A stretch of 64,000 nt of DNA from Opitutales bacterium (GTDB taxonomy: Bacteria; Verrucomicrobiota; Verrucomicrobiia; Opitutales; UBA2987). Positions 20,805 through 31,078 of this stretch are shown here, one piece after another. The stretch lies in assembly GCA_965226885.1 (NCBI GenBank), contig CBDDEL010000017.1:64001-128000 (forward strand), given 5' to 3'. A program made the translations under genes and the position numbers. Position 1 is the stretch's first letter; every line of letters begins with the position of its first letter. The notes beneath the pieces are model-generated. The model ran no database searches, had not been told where the DNA came from, and worked only from the letters and a program-made list of their open reading frames with translations.

Positions 20805-22283
20805 TCATGAAGCGGCGGTTTCGGGAAGCAGGTTGTTGTCGGCCGTGAAGAAGGCTTTTTTACAAGAAAGGGCCGCCAGTGCAAACATCCAGAGAATGTT
20901 GGCCGCAAACGCCAGATGCCCAACGCCTATTAACAAGATCGATACCGTGCGGGCATGAAGCCAGGGCAGTGTATTGCGCACAATTTGCAGGAAATCCAAT
21001 TGAACCGGGTTTCCATAGCTATCCAGTGTGGCCAAATTCATCTGCGAGCCTTGAATCCAGCCGCCCACGTAGAGGGCAACGAGCATGAGGGTTATTCCGC
21101 CAGCGGCGCACCAAAAATGGCATTGGATCAACTTTGCCGAAGGCCAGGGGCAATTGAGAAGGCGTGGCATCATGAAATAAATCGCCCCGAACATGGTCAT
21201 GGTGAAAAAGGCATAAATCATATGATGGGTCTGCCCCTGCACCATGAGGGTGAATTGGGCAACTTCACTGACCGATCGCAGGGACATGGCGCAGCCGATC
21301 AGACTAGCCAAGGTGTAGGAAATCGTTCCGAAGACCACGAACCGCAAGGCGGGGCTGGCCGCAACCTGATTCCATCGGCCGGAAACGGTGAGGTGGTGGT
21401 TAACGGCGGCGATGGCGATGGGGAGAACCATAGCCATGGATGCCACGATCCCGACCGTGACCAGCCATGAGGGCACGGGCCCACCAGCCAGGTGGCGTAT
21501 TCCGCCCCACCCTACTATGAGGGCCAGGGACCAAAATCCGAGGGAAGCCAGGTAGTAACTGTGGATGGGCCGGCCCAGAATTTTGGGTATGAGGTAATAG
21601 GCGGCGCCCAGCCCGGCGGGAATCAGCCAGAGACCCAAAAGGTTGTGCATGTACCACCAATTGGCCATAGCCTGGACCACTCCCCGGGCCGGAGCATAGA
21701 CGAGAAAGATTTGCGCCGTTACATAAATCCAGGGAAACCAGAACAGGGCGCCCAGCACATACAACTGGGAAATAAAAACGGGTCCGGGCCGGCCATAGAA
21801 GACTACGAGTGTTCCCCATATTCCCATGATAATGCTGGAAAAGGCCAGCAGAGGGACCGCGTAGGCGGGCATTTCGAGCCATTCAATCGAGGTCATATCC
21901 CCGATAATAATCCCGCCGATCCCGATGGTGACGGCCACGTTCCAGAACATGGCCCCGATCAAAAGCATCCCGGCTTGGGGAACAGGCCGCCGGCAAAGTC
22001 GGGCCAAAATCCATAATCCAACCCCAAAAAAGGCGTTGCCGCCCCAGCCATAAATCATGGAGTTGAGGTAGGCCGCCCAGACACGCCCGTAGGTGAGCCA
22101 TTCGCAACCGGCCAAGAATCCGGGATGGGTCGATTTTACGGAGGCCATGAGAGCGAAAGTTGTGGCCGTCAAGAGCCAGAGAATGGCTGAAAGCAAGAGT
22201 AGCAATACGGGCCATCTCAACGAGCGGTCGATCTCGTTCAACCTGGATTGTGCCGTCACTGGCTCTGTGGATGGTGTGTTCAC
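20805..22283 (-). CDS. cbb3-type oxidase subunit I-like protein (CcoN homolog) with degenerate metal ligands
   Basis: Collinear with CcoN (TYGR, E..E, WWYMHN, YYLIPK..GRPI.SY.L, LRF, HFW), but heme/CuB histidines and the cross-linked Tyr are partly substituted. Confidence 0.85.
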   Translation of the reverse strand: MNTPSTEPVTAQSRLNEIDRSLRWPVLLLLLSAILWLLTATTFALMASVKSTHPGFLAGCEWLTYGRVWAAYLNSMIYGWGGNAFFGVGLWILARLCRRPVPQAGMLLIGAMFWNVAVTIGIGGIIIGDMTSIEWLEMPAYAVPLLAFSSIIMGIWGTLVVFYGRPGPVFISQLYVLGALFWFPWIYVTAQIFLVYAPARGVVQAMANWWYMHNLLGLWLIPAGLGAAYYLIPKILGRPIHSYYLASLGFWSLALIVGWGGIRHLAGGPVPSWLVTVGIVASMAMVLPIAIAAVNHHLTVSGRWNQVAASPALRFVVFGTISYTLASLIGCAMSLRSVSEVAQFTLMVQGQTHHMIYAFFTMTMFGAIYFMMPRLLNCPWPSAKLIQCHFWCAAGGITLMLVALYVGGWIQGSQMNLATLDSYGNPVQLDFLQIVRNTLPWLHARTVSILLIGVGHLAFAANILWMFALAALSCKKAFFTADNNLLPETAAS

Positions 22284-22315
22284 GAAATTGCTTGAATTTA
22301 AAAATGAATGGGCGA

Positions 22316-22636
22316 TTACGGGCTGCCGTCTACAGGTGGTTCCTTGGACAGATCTTTTAGGGTCAGTTCCATGGCGCGCTTGATGGGGATGCGAACAATC
22401 CCGGCGGACTGATCAATCCACCCATAGGTGGTGCGGATTTCTTCGTGCCAACTGCGGACTTCCATCAAAGTGTTGTCTCTCTTTTGCGAGACCCGATCGC
22501 CGACCGGCGCGGGGCGGTTGACGGCAACCATAATGATGACCACCAGCAAAAAGGAGAGAATCAGCCCGAAAATGCTGAGGGCGGATAGGCTCAAGGAGAG
22601 CCCGCCCGGTTCCGAAGTTGGAGGGTGTTCACTCAT
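22316..22636 (-). CDS. actG: ActG-like single-TM subunit of alternative complex III
   Basis: TM segment plus C-terminal YGWIDQSAGIVRIPIKRAMEL; directly after actF. Confidence 0.7.
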   Translation of the reverse strand: MSEHPPTSEPGGLSLSLSALSIFGLILSFLLVVIIMVAVNRPAPVGDRVSQKRDNTLMEVRSWHEEIRTTYGWIDQSAGIVRIPIKRAMELTLKDLSKEPPVDGSP

Positions 22637-23927
22637 GGGCGTTGATGGATTCGAGGATACGCGGATCCCGGATGGGAATGGGTTTCACCTTGCGGGAACT
22701 GATGATAAAAGACCAAACACAGATGCTCCCCACACCGAGCCAGGTTAAAAAGTCAACCCAGTTAGGAATGAAGGGCCTGACGACGAAACCGAGAATATTT
22801 TCATCGCTGGGAATCTGGCCCGGCAAAATATTCCAATACATGTCGAGGCCGTGAAAAGCGAGTATCCAGATGGCGATAAAAAGTACCCGGAGGCCGAATT
22901 TATTGTGGTACCACAACAGGTAGATGAAGGGGAAAAGGAAGTGGGCGAAAACCAATCCCATACTGACCCACCACCAACTGTTTTTGGTACCGTCGAAATT
23001 CATTTCCCGAATGTTGTACCAAAAAGTCTCCTCGGGGATATTGGTGTTATAAATGAGGAAATACTGGCAAAAGCTGATGTAGGCCCAGAATACCGTGAAA
23101 GCCAGCATGAGGCAGGCCAACAAGTAGGAATGGTAGCGGTTGTAGATGCCTTTGAGGTAGCCGCGGGTTCCCAGTATCCAGCAGATTACCATGGTCCCGG
23201 CCAGGCCGGCTCTCATGCTCTCGGCAAAAAACCAAACTCCGTACATGGTCGAGAACCAGTGGTACTCGAGGGACTTGAACCAATCGACGGCTGCGAAGGT
23301 GGCGCAGAAGGCGCACAGGTAAATGCCGACGGCGGAAACATTGTGGGCCAGGCGCGCCCATTTGGGATCGCCATCCTTTTCCATAGAAAAAGAACAACGC
23401 CGCAATATACCTGCCAACCCGATCCAGGCGGCAAAATAAAAAATGGTCCGGAAGGTGAAAAAGCCCACATTGAGAAAGCTGGATTTTTTTTGAAGTAAAA
23501 CATCGCCGCTGACCGGTTCGCCACTGGGAAGTAAATTACCCGGATCCATCCAGACCCAGGGCACGGCATTGTTTTCGGGGTGGAAAAAACTCAGTGCCGC
23601 CACCGGTAGAAAGATTAAGGCAATCCATTTGAAACCGGACAGGGCGTGCTCGATCTGCCGCCTGACGATGATCGACCAGCCGGCGTCGAAAACGTATAAT
23701 ATCATGAGCAGGAAGAGCATTCCGACGCCCATGGAAAGCCAGTAGGAGAGCCCGATCATCCAGCCCAGGAAGGGACGTGAATCACCGGTTCGCCAACCCA
23801 TCATCAAGAGGATGAAGGCACCGGCGAGGCTGACTAAACCGAGGATCAAGGCTTTTGTCGCCAGATCGTTATTTTTACCGGAGGAAGCCACCGCTTCCAG
23901 GGTTGGGTTGGCCGCTTCAGCGCTCAT
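22629..23927 (-). CDS. actF: Alternative complex III subunit ActF
   Basis: Polytopic; AVDWFKSLEYHWFSTMYG, FWAYISFCQYFLIYNTNIPEET, PIRDPR. Confidence 0.9.
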   Translation of the reverse strand: MSAEAANPTLEAVASSGKNNDLATKALILGLVSLAGAFILLMMGWRTGDSRPFLGWMIGLSYWLSMGVGMLFLLMILYVFDAGWSIIVRRQIEHALSGFKWIALIFLPVAALSFFHPENNAVPWVWMDPGNLLPSGEPVSGDVLLQKKSSFLNVGFFTFRTIFYFAAWIGLAGILRRCSFSMEKDGDPKWARLAHNVSAVGIYLCAFCATFAAVDWFKSLEYHWFSTMYGVWFFAESMRAGLAGTMVICWILGTRGYLKGIYNRYHSYLLACLMLAFTVFWAYISFCQYFLIYNTNIPEETFWYNIREMNFDGTKNSWWWVSMGLVFAHFLFPFIYLLWYHNKFGLRVLFIAIWILAFHGLDMYWNILPGQIPSDENILGFVVRPFIPNWVDFLTWLGVGSICVWSFIISSRKVKPIPIRDPRILESINAHE

Positions 23928-24532
23928 AGTCCTAAATCCCCCCTATGTTCGGCCGGCACATCGGCGAGTCTCGAATTTTGCGCGCGCTGCAATGCTCTCA
24001 AGTAGGCGATAACAGCCCAACGCTCGGCGGGCCTCAGCTTTGCCCCATAAGGTCCCATATTATTTTTGCCCTTGGTTATGGTATTAAAAATCTCCCCTTC
24101 GGGCATGTCGCGAAATCGCTGGTTGTGGTAGGTCGGGGTGGCCACCATGCCGTATTTTTTGGTGATGCCGTTGCCATCTCCGCTGGCACCGTGGCATACG
24201 GCGCAAAAAATAGTAAATTTTTCCTGCCCCAGTTTCATTAAACCGGCATCGATGGACAGGGGGAATCCTCGTCCGAAATCCTCGTCGATCTTTCCGGTGA
24301 CGTAGTATTCGTTTTCGTGAAAGGAGCTGAATGAGACTGTTCCGGGCACCGCAGGGCGGTCTGCGCGCCCGTCGGCAAACATATCGCTCTCCGCCTGGGG
24401 TTTGTATTTTTCCTGCCGGTCCATGTCTGGAAACACTTCCAGTGGAGGCTTGCTCGAACGCGATCCCCTAAACCCTGTAAAGGAGAGGGTCGTGACGACC
24501 AGAAATATCAAGAAGGCAATAAAGTAACGCAT
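23924..24532 (-). CDS. actE: Alternative complex III monoheme subunit ActE
   Basis: DMDRQEKYKPQ, FADGRADRP.VPGTV, CAVCHG, ERWAVIAYLRALQ. Confidence 0.9.
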   Translation of the reverse strand: MRYFIAFLIFLVVTTLSFTGFRGSRSSKPPLEVFPDMDRQEKYKPQAESDMFADGRADRPAVPGTVSFSSFHENEYYVTGKIDEDFGRGFPLSIDAGLMKLGQEKFTIFCAVCHGASGDGNGITKKYGMVATPTYHNQRFRDMPEGEIFNTITKGKNNMGPYGAKLRPAERWAVIAYLRALQRAQNSRLADVPAEHRGDLGL

Positions 24533-24537
24533 ATTAA

Positions 24538-25068
24538 TTATTCCTTCAATTCTACTACTTCGAGGCTCTTCAGGCCTTCCAGAAATTTGCGTGTTTCCTC
24601 CAGGTCGAATTTTTCATCCTGGGCTTCGAGGAGGATGAGAAACTGGTCGTCGGTAATGCCGGGCCATTTTTTAAAGTCCATCACCGGGTGGTGGTGGCGA
24701 GGGAGCCGGTTGGTGATAAACATCCCGAAGAAGGCCCCGAAGGAGGCCAGCAGAATAGTCATTTCATAAGCCACAGGAAAGGGAAAAATGGGGCTAAATA
24801 AGGGTTTCCCCCCGACCACCAGGGGAAAGTCGAACTCACCCATATACCAGGCGATAAACATTCCGGTAATAAACCCGGTGACGCCTCCTATCAAAGAAAA
24901 TAGAGGCACTTTGGAGCGTTCCAGGCCCATGGCCCCTTCCAGTCCGTGCACGGGAAATGGAGAATAGACATCCCAATGGCGGAAGCCGGCCTCGCAAATT
25001 TCCTCCGCCGCCTTGTAGAGGTTGTGGGTGTTGCCGAAAGTGGCGATCAATCCGAAAGTTTTGCTCAT
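24538..25068 (-). CDS. actD: Alternative complex III subunit ActD (DUF3341)
   Basis: [21 protein letters not shown], two TMs. Confidence 0.9.
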   Translation of the reverse strand: MSKTFGLIATFGNTHNLYKAAEEICEAGFRHWDVYSPFPVHGLEGAMGLERSKVPLFSLIGGVTGFITGMFIAWYMGEFDFPLVVGGKPLFSPIFPFPVAYEMTILLASFGAFFGMFITNRLPRHHHPVMDFKKWPGITDDQFLILLEAQDEKFDLEETRKFLEGLKSLEVVELKE

Positions 25069-26498
25069 TGAGTGAGTTCCGGTTCGTGATGATTCCCGTA
25101 GGGATCGGCCTGGGGGGTCACGTGTTTAATTTCGGCAATGGCCATGAGGGGCAGAAAGCGGATGAAGAGCAGGAATAAAAAGGAGAAGAAACCAAAAGTC
25201 CCGATGAAGGTAAAAATGTCCACCACGGTGGGGGAGAAGTAATCCCAGTTGGCCGGCATATATTCATTGGCCAAGGTGGTCACGACGATGACAAAGCGCT
25301 CGAACCACATGCCGATATTGACAAAAATGGAAACGATCCAGACCAGCGCCGTGTTTTCCCGAATCCAGCGGAACCAGAATAGTTGAGGCGTGATGACATT
25401 GCATGAAATCATAATCAGGTAGGCCCACCAATAGGGACCGAAGGCGCGGTTGATGAAGGCGAATCCTTCATAGGGGTTGGCCCCGTACCAAGAGATGAAA
25501 AACTCCATGGCGTAGCCGTAGCCGACCATGCTGCCGGTGGCCAAGGTGACTTTACACATGCAGTCGATATGGTATTGCGTAACGAGGTCGTGCAAACCGT
25601 AAATCGCCCTCAAGGGTAGTATAAGCGTCAAAACCATTCCGAAACCGGAAAAAATGGCGCCAGCGACAAAGTAAGGGGGAAATATGGTGGTATGCCAGCC
25701 CGGCAGGTTGGCCACCGCGAAGTCGAAGGAGATGATGGTGTGGACCGAAAGTACCAAGGGAGTGCTCAATCCCGCCAGTAATAGATATGCCATCTCGTAA
25801 TTGGTCCAGTGGCGGCAGGACCCGCGCCAACCCATGGCTAGAATACCGTAAAAGTATTTGCGCCAGGTCTTTGTGGCCCGGTCCCGCAAAGTGGCCAAAT
25901 CGGGTACCATGCCCATATACCAGAATAATATCGAAACCGTAAAATAGGTTGAGACGGCAAAAACGTCCCACTCCAGTGGGCTGCGGAAGTTAGGCCAGAT
26001 AGATTGCGAATTGGGCAGGGGAAAGAGCCACCAGGAAAACCAGATTCGACCCATGTGGAAGAGAGGGAAGATGCCCGCGCACATAACCGCGAAAATCGTC
26101 ATGGCTTCAGCTGTGCGGTTGATGGAGGTGCGCCACTTCTGTTTCAACAGGCAAAGAATGGCCGAGATAAGGGTGCCGGCATGGCCGATGCCGATCCAAA
26201 AGACGAAATTAACAATGGCCCAACCCCAATAAACCGGCCCTCCCAAACCCCATACGCCGACCCCCGTGGCAACCAAGTATAATAGCCCAAGGCCCGTAAA
26301 TGAAGCCACGAATCCAGCCACCAAAAAGCAAACCCACCACCAATTGGGCGTTTTTTCCTCCACGATCCGGCAGACTTTTTCCGTGATCCAATGGAAATCG
26401 CGGTTGTTTTCGACCAGCGGCCGACGCGGCATATGGGTTTGCCTGACCTCGTCCAGAACAACCGGCCTGACAATGGGAATTTCTTCTGTATATGCCAT
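25065..26498 (-). CDS. actC: Alternative complex III quinol-binding subunit ActC (NrfD/PsrC family)
   Basis: [61 protein letters not shown]. Confidence 0.95.
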   Translation of the reverse strand: MAYTEEIPIVRPVVLDEVRQTHMPRRPLVENNRDFHWITEKVCRIVEEKTPNWWWVCFLVAGFVASFTGLGLLYLVATGVGVWGLGGPVYWGWAIVNFVFWIGIGHAGTLISAILCLLKQKWRTSINRTAEAMTIFAVMCAGIFPLFHMGRIWFSWWLFPLPNSQSIWPNFRSPLEWDVFAVSTYFTVSILFWYMGMVPDLATLRDRATKTWRKYFYGILAMGWRGSCRHWTNYEMAYLLLAGLSTPLVLSVHTIISFDFAVANLPGWHTTIFPPYFVAGAIFSGFGMVLTLILPLRAIYGLHDLVTQYHIDCMCKVTLATGSMVGYGYAMEFFISWYGANPYEGFAFINRAFGPYWWAYLIMISCNVITPQLFWFRWIRENTALVWIVSIFVNIGMWFERFVIVVTTLANEYMPANWDYFSPTVVDIFTFIGTFGFFSFLFLLFIRFLPLMAIAEIKHVTPQADPYGNHHEPELTQ

Positions 26499-26525
26499 AT
26501 TCTTCTACGTTCCAGACGTTAAAAT

Positions 26526-29500
26526 TTAATGATGACTGCCGTTTCCATGTTCCGTGTCCTCGCCGTGTGCGGCACCGTGCGGGTTGAGTTTTTCATACTC
26601 CATACGGCTCAGGGGCATAGACTCATAATCCGGCATGAGCGGGTTGGGGTTGCGCAGCCGGGCCAGGTAAGTCGTCCGCGGGCGGGTGTTCAAATAGCCT
26701 AACATGCCGTAATTCAAATCGGAATTTTTGATTTTCGAGACCTCCGAATCGGCATCGGCGACATCGCCGAAAACAATGGCCCCGGTGGGACATACTTGCT
26801 GGCAGGCAGTCTTGATGGCGCCTTCCCGGACTTTTACGTCGTCGGAATCCCGCGCCGCCACCTTGGCTTTGATCACCTCGACATCAATGCGCTGCTGGCA
26901 GTAGGTGCATTTCTCCATCACCCCGCGCATGCGAATGGTGACTTCGGGATTTTTTTGCAGGCTCTTGATTTCGGGTTTTCCGGCCGGCCCCAGCGGTCCT
27001 TCGTAAAAATGGTCGATTTCGCGCTTGTTCCAGTCGAAAAAGTTGAAACGGCGAACTTTGTAGGGGCAATTGTTGGCGCAATAGCGGGTACCCACGCAAC
27101 GGTTGTAGGCCATTACGTTGAGGCCCTGAGAGTCATGCACGGTGGCATTGACCGGGCAGACCTGTTCGCATGGCGCCATCTCGCAATGCATGCAGGGTAT
27201 CGGGGCCACGGAAACCTGCGGATTGTCCGGCACATGCTGTTTATTTACCTCGACATCGCCGCTGGAATAATAGCGGTCGAGGCGAATCCAGTGCATTTCC
27301 CGCCCGCGGGCCACCTGGTCCTGGCCAACGATGGGGATATTGTTCTCGCTCTGGCAGGCGACCACGCAGGCGCTGCACCCGGTGCAGACATTGAGGTCGA
27401 TGGACATGCCCCATTGCTGCGCGCCGCCGAATTTGGGAGTAAAATAAAGAGAGTTGCCGCGGGGTTGGGTTACGACCTGCTCTTGCAGCGATTTATCTTT
27501 GGCGCTGCCCAGAATGGGGGGCGAATGGGATTCCATGCCCAGTTTTTCCACAAAATGGGGTTCCTTTTGGAAATCCCCCACATTTGCTTCCCTGATGATG
27601 GCCCGCCCTTCCATGGACCAGTGTTCCTGGGTATTGGCCAGATTATGAGTAGTCCCGGCCAGTTCCAGCCGAGCGCCCCGGATGATTCCGCCCGATTGCG
27701 AGGAAAATAACGGATAGGCGCTGAAACCGACGTTGTCCCCTACCCGTCCGGATTTTGTGCGCCCATAGCCGGTTGTCAGGGCGACGGTATAATCGGCCAG
27801 GCCGGGCTGGACATTGATGGGGCCTGTTATGGTCGTTCCGTTGATGGAAAGCGTGCCCACCGGGGCGACTTGCCGGCCCATTTTAAAATCGTTAAACCTT
27901 TTGGCTGAAACTTGCGCCAGTTTGAGAAACCGGGAAACCGGGGAGCGCGGGGTGTTGGGCTCCCAGCCCAAATCCCGGGCCAGTTGCGGACTGATCGAAA
28001 TGACATTATCCCAGGTGATCTTGGTCATGGGATCGGGACATTCCTGCAGCCAGCCATTGTTGCTGTAACGCCCATCCAGCACTTTGGGGTCGGCCGTAAT
28101 GCGAACTTCCAGGTCGTCTGCGGAAAAAGGCCTGGAGGGCGGGATCATCCTGGCAACATCTTTTTGCAAAGCGCCCACATCCAGGGCAACCTTTTTCCGG
28201 GCATAGCCTGAATTTTCGAGTAGACCATCGCTCAGGAATCGTTCAAAAGCTCGATCATTATCGAGTTTGCCAGTGATGGCGGCAATCGTTTCGCGCACCA
28301 AAATGTAGGGATCGGTTTCCTCCAAACCGGCCAGGCGAGCCAGTATGGCAATTTCCTGAAAACCGTCGAAGAGGGGAAGGATCATCGGCTGCACCGGCAG
28401 TATAACGCCGTCCCAGGCGCGCCCGTCACCCCAGGATTCCAGATAATGGGCGGCGGCGATATGCCCTTGTGAAAGTGCGGAAGTCTCATCCTCATAATAA
28501 CCGAAGCGGATGACTTCATCCACCGCTCCTTGCAAATCGGCCCAATGAAGGTCGCCGGGGGCATTGTAGGCTGGATTTCCGCCGAGGATAAAAAGAGTTT
28601 CCACCCGGCCGGCTTGAATAGCCTCGGCCAGGTCTTGAATGGTCACGCCCTCCTTTTCCGGAATTTCCAGGTAATCCACAGTTTTCCCGTTGGCGGATAA
28701 AAGATCGTTGGCAAAATAGGCCAGTTGATGAACTTCCACCGGCTGGTCCTCCCCTGCCACGATGACGGCTTCCCCCCGGTGTTCGAGGAGATCGGCCACA
28801 CATTCCCTGATCCAGGCGGAATCCACTTCCAGACCGGCCGCTTTTCGTCGCAGAAGAGCCGCCAAGGATGCATTTTGGTCCATCTTTTCGAGCAATTCGG
28901 CAACTGTCAGAGCGGCCAGAGCAGGAATATGACTGGCCGGTAAACGGAGGCGGTGATCGGCCATGGTTCCTGTGATGCTGTAATGGCTCTCGGCCATATA
29001 AAGGCGGCTCATTTTTTCGGCTGCGGCAGGCTCGTGTACCCTTCGACGGTCTGAAAAATCCCGAGCTTGTTGCAAAAGGCCCGGCCCGCTATTTAAAAAG
29101 TCCGCATCAAGGGATAATATTCGACGCGCATTCTTGAAATTGTAACGGGGCCGCAGTCTTTTCCCCAAAATCCGGGCCAAAGCCGACTCGGCATTATTCT
29201 GCTCGGTCGCATCGTATTCCGCCCATATGCTCCGCGGAAATCTTTCCCGAAGGGCTTTGACGAGGCGTTCACGGGTTGGTGAGGTGCTTCCCTCGGCCAG
29301 AATGGCCAGTCCCTGCCCTTGTGTGGGGCGGTATTTTTCACCGATCGCATCAAGCCATGCTTCTACCTCTGCGCGGTTCAGTTCCCGCGATCTCTTTTTG
29401 CTCGTTGCCGACCTGTCCGGATCATACAGATCGAGAATAGAGGCCTGGGCCTGAAGATTGGTCGATCCGCCATAGGGACTGTAGGCAGGATTGCCCTCAA

Positions 29501-29879
29501 TCTTGGTGGGGCGATTCTGATGCGTCTTGACCACCAATGGGATGTTGTCCTTGGCTGACGGCAGGGAGGTGGAAAAATAAACCGGAACCCCCGGAACTCC
29601 ATTTTCAGGCTGTTTGGAGTAGGGTAAAATATGCTGTTCGGGCCTGCGGCAACCTGCCATGCCGGCCCCGGCGAAAGCAAAGGAGGCAGCCATGATCTTG
29701 AGGAAATGCCTACGGTTGAAGCCCTCTATTTCGGAGGCCCCGGCCGGGAATTCGCGTTCCACCCAGTCGCGGAATTCAGCCGATTCCGCCAGCTCGTCGA
29801 GGCTTTTCCAATAATGAGGACCACTGCGGTGTTTTTCCGCGGTTTCCGATGGCTGTTTTTGTTGGGTTGGGAGAATCAT
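26526..29879 (-). CDS. actB: Alternative complex III subunit ActB (molybdopterin-fold + Fe-S domains)
   Basis: YWKSLDEL..REFP, Tat motif NRRHFLK, AGC; Fe-S motifs CTGCSACVVAC, CMHCEMAPCEQVCP, CVGTRYCANNCP, CTYC, CQQVCP; start set at the ATGA overlap with the actA stop. Confidence 0.93.
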   Translation of the reverse strand: MILPTQQKQPSETAEKHRSGPHYWKSLDELAESAEFRDWVEREFPAGASEIEGFNRRHFLKIMAASFAFAGAGMAGCRRPEQHILPYSKQPENGVPGVPVYFSTSLPSAKDNIPLVVKTHQNRPTKIEGNPAYSPYGGSTNLQAQASILDLYDPDRSATSKKRSRELNRAEVEAWLDAIGEKYRPTQGQGLAILAEGSTSPTRERLVKALRERFPRSIWAEYDATEQNNAESALARILGKRLRPRYNFKNARRILSLDADFLNSGPGLLQQARDFSDRRRVHEPAAAEKMSRLYMAESHYSITGTMADHRLRLPASHIPALAALTVAELLEKMDQNASLAALLRRKAAGLEVDSAWIRECVADLLEHRGEAVIVAGEDQPVEVHQLAYFANDLLSANGKTVDYLEIPEKEGVTIQDLAEAIQAGRVETLFILGGNPAYNAPGDLHWADLQGAVDEVIRFGYYEDETSALSQGHIAAAHYLESWGDGRAWDGVILPVQPMILPLFDGFQEIAILARLAGLEETDPYILVRETIAAITGKLDNDRAFERFLSDGLLENSGYARKKVALDVGALQKDVARMIPPSRPFSADDLEVRITADPKVLDGRYSNNGWLQECPDPMTKITWDNVISISPQLARDLGWEPNTPRSPVSRFLKLAQVSAKRFNDFKMGRQVAPVGTLSINGTTITGPINVQPGLADYTVALTTGYGRTKSGRVGDNVGFSAYPLFSSQSGGIIRGARLELAGTTHNLANTQEHWSMEGRAIIREANVGDFQKEPHFVEKLGMESHSPPILGSAKDKSLQEQVVTQPRGNSLYFTPKFGGAQQWGMSIDLNVCTGCSACVVACQSENNIPIVGQDQVARGREMHWIRLDRYYSSGDVEVNKQHVPDNPQVSVAPIPCMHCEMAPCEQVCPVNATVHDSQGLNVMAYNRCVGTRYCANNCPYKVRRFNFFDWNKREIDHFYEGPLGPAGKPEIKSLQKNPEVTIRMRGVMEKCTYCQQRIDVEVIKAKVAARDSDDVKVREGAIKTACQQVCPTGAIVFGDVADADSEVSKIKNSDLNYGMLGYLNTRPRTTYLARLRNPNPLMPDYESMPLSRMEYEKLNPHGAAHGEDTEHGNGSHH

Positions 29880-30529
29880 CGATGGCATCTGGAACAGCTC
29901 AAAGGTGGGTCGATTTTCCATGCTTCGACAATTTTTTGACCCATTTCGAGTTGTTCCCGGTGGTTGGGGGCTTTCCAGTCCAAATCGTAAACTTTGTCGA
30001 GGGGGCGTACTTTTTCTTCGGGATTGCGGTGGCAGGTAAGACAAAAATCCATGCTCAGTGATTCTGCGTGCTCGACTACTTTCATTTTATTGATCTGCCC
30101 GTGGCACTCCACACAGCTGACACCCCGATTGACGTGCGCTGAGTGGTCAAAATAAACGTAATCCGGCAATTTGTGTACGCGAATCCAGGGAACGGGTTCC
30201 CCCGATTGGTAGCTTTCGCGGATGGGCGCCAGCTTGGGGCTTTCCGGCAGAATCTGGTTGTGACAATTCATGCAAGTGGCCGCATCCGGCACATTGGCGT
30301 GCTCCGAGCGGTCCACATAGGTATGACAATAGCGGCAATCCAGGCCAAGTTGACCGACATGCAGGCTATGGTCATAAGCCACTGGTTGGGTAGGTTGATA
30401 GCCGACGCGGGTGTATTTGGGCGAAAAAAAGTAGGTCACTCCGGCGGTTCCGACTCCGCTCAAAAGAAACAAGGCGATGATCACATTGATCGGTACCTGA
30501 TTGGACCATTTAGGGAAAATATTCGCCAT
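29876..30529 (-). CDS. actA: Alternative complex III pentaheme cytochrome ActA
   Basis: N-terminal TM; five CxxCH (CRYCH, CMNCH, CVECH, CLTCH, CSRCH); PDYVYFDHSAH. Confidence 0.95.
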   Translation of the reverse strand: MANIFPKWSNQVPINVIIALFLLSGVGTAGVTYFFSPKYTRVGYQPTQPVAYDHSLHVGQLGLDCRYCHTYVDRSEHANVPDAATCMNCHNQILPESPKLAPIRESYQSGEPVPWIRVHKLPDYVYFDHSAHVNRGVSCVECHGQINKMKVVEHAESLSMDFCLTCHRNPEEKVRPLDKVYDLDWKAPNHREQLEMGQKIVEAWKIDPPLSCSRCHR

Positions 30530-30583
30530 TACTCAAAAAAGAATTCTAACCGTGCCTCGTTTTTACGATGTTTCAACAGCTTC

Positions 30584-30772
30584 TTAGGCAAAGGGATTTT
30601 TACGGGCTACAGCCCGTGGGTCCCTCTTTACGGCTAGCGGTTTGTCAACCGAAGGACTGATTTTTGGGTCTCTCCACCCGGAAAGACCCGCTTTGGTCAG
30701 GCCGAATAATCCGGCGCCCAGTCCCACCATCCATTTAAGAAAGTTTTTTCGCTCTATACTGACAATCGACAT
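30584..30772 (-). CDS. Small hypothetical protein with Tat-like signal, leading the act cluster
   Basis: 62 aa; ERKNFLK followed by a hydrophobic stretch; co-oriented, 54 bp before actA. Confidence 0.5.
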   Translation of the reverse strand: MSIVSIERKNFLKWMVGLGAGLFGLTKAGLSGWRDPKISPSVDKPLAVKRDPRAVARKNPFA

Positions 30773-31078
30773 CCAGAGTTATTTAGGGGTTTCAATTCAG
30801 TTCAGTTCAAAAATGAACCTGTCACAGGAAATACAAAAGGAGAAATAATGTTCGCAATTCAACTATTGAGGCCCGGGATCAGGTAAATATTTTCAACCAT
30901 GCCCAGCCCCAGCCAATAGAAGAATTCAGTTCAATTCTTCAACATATTTTTGTAATTTATCGAATTAATTTAAAATTTAATAACTATTATTAGAAGAATT
31001 TTGCATTAAAAAGGATAGTGAACCCGAAATTGGAAAACCAATTCTCCGCTGTCAACCCCGGAAGAAATGATTTTTGGG

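Noticed and set aside
19906..20958. 350-aa plus-strand ORF
   Set aside because: Antisense shadow of ccoO and neighbours; Arg/Pro/Gly-rich with no motifs.
26796..27710. 304-aa plus-strand ORF
   Set aside because: Antisense shadow of actB.
29880..30044. 55-aa N-terminal extension of ActB in the ORF track
   Set aside because: Overlaps actA heme motifs; the ATGA overlap at 29876-29879 gives a better start.
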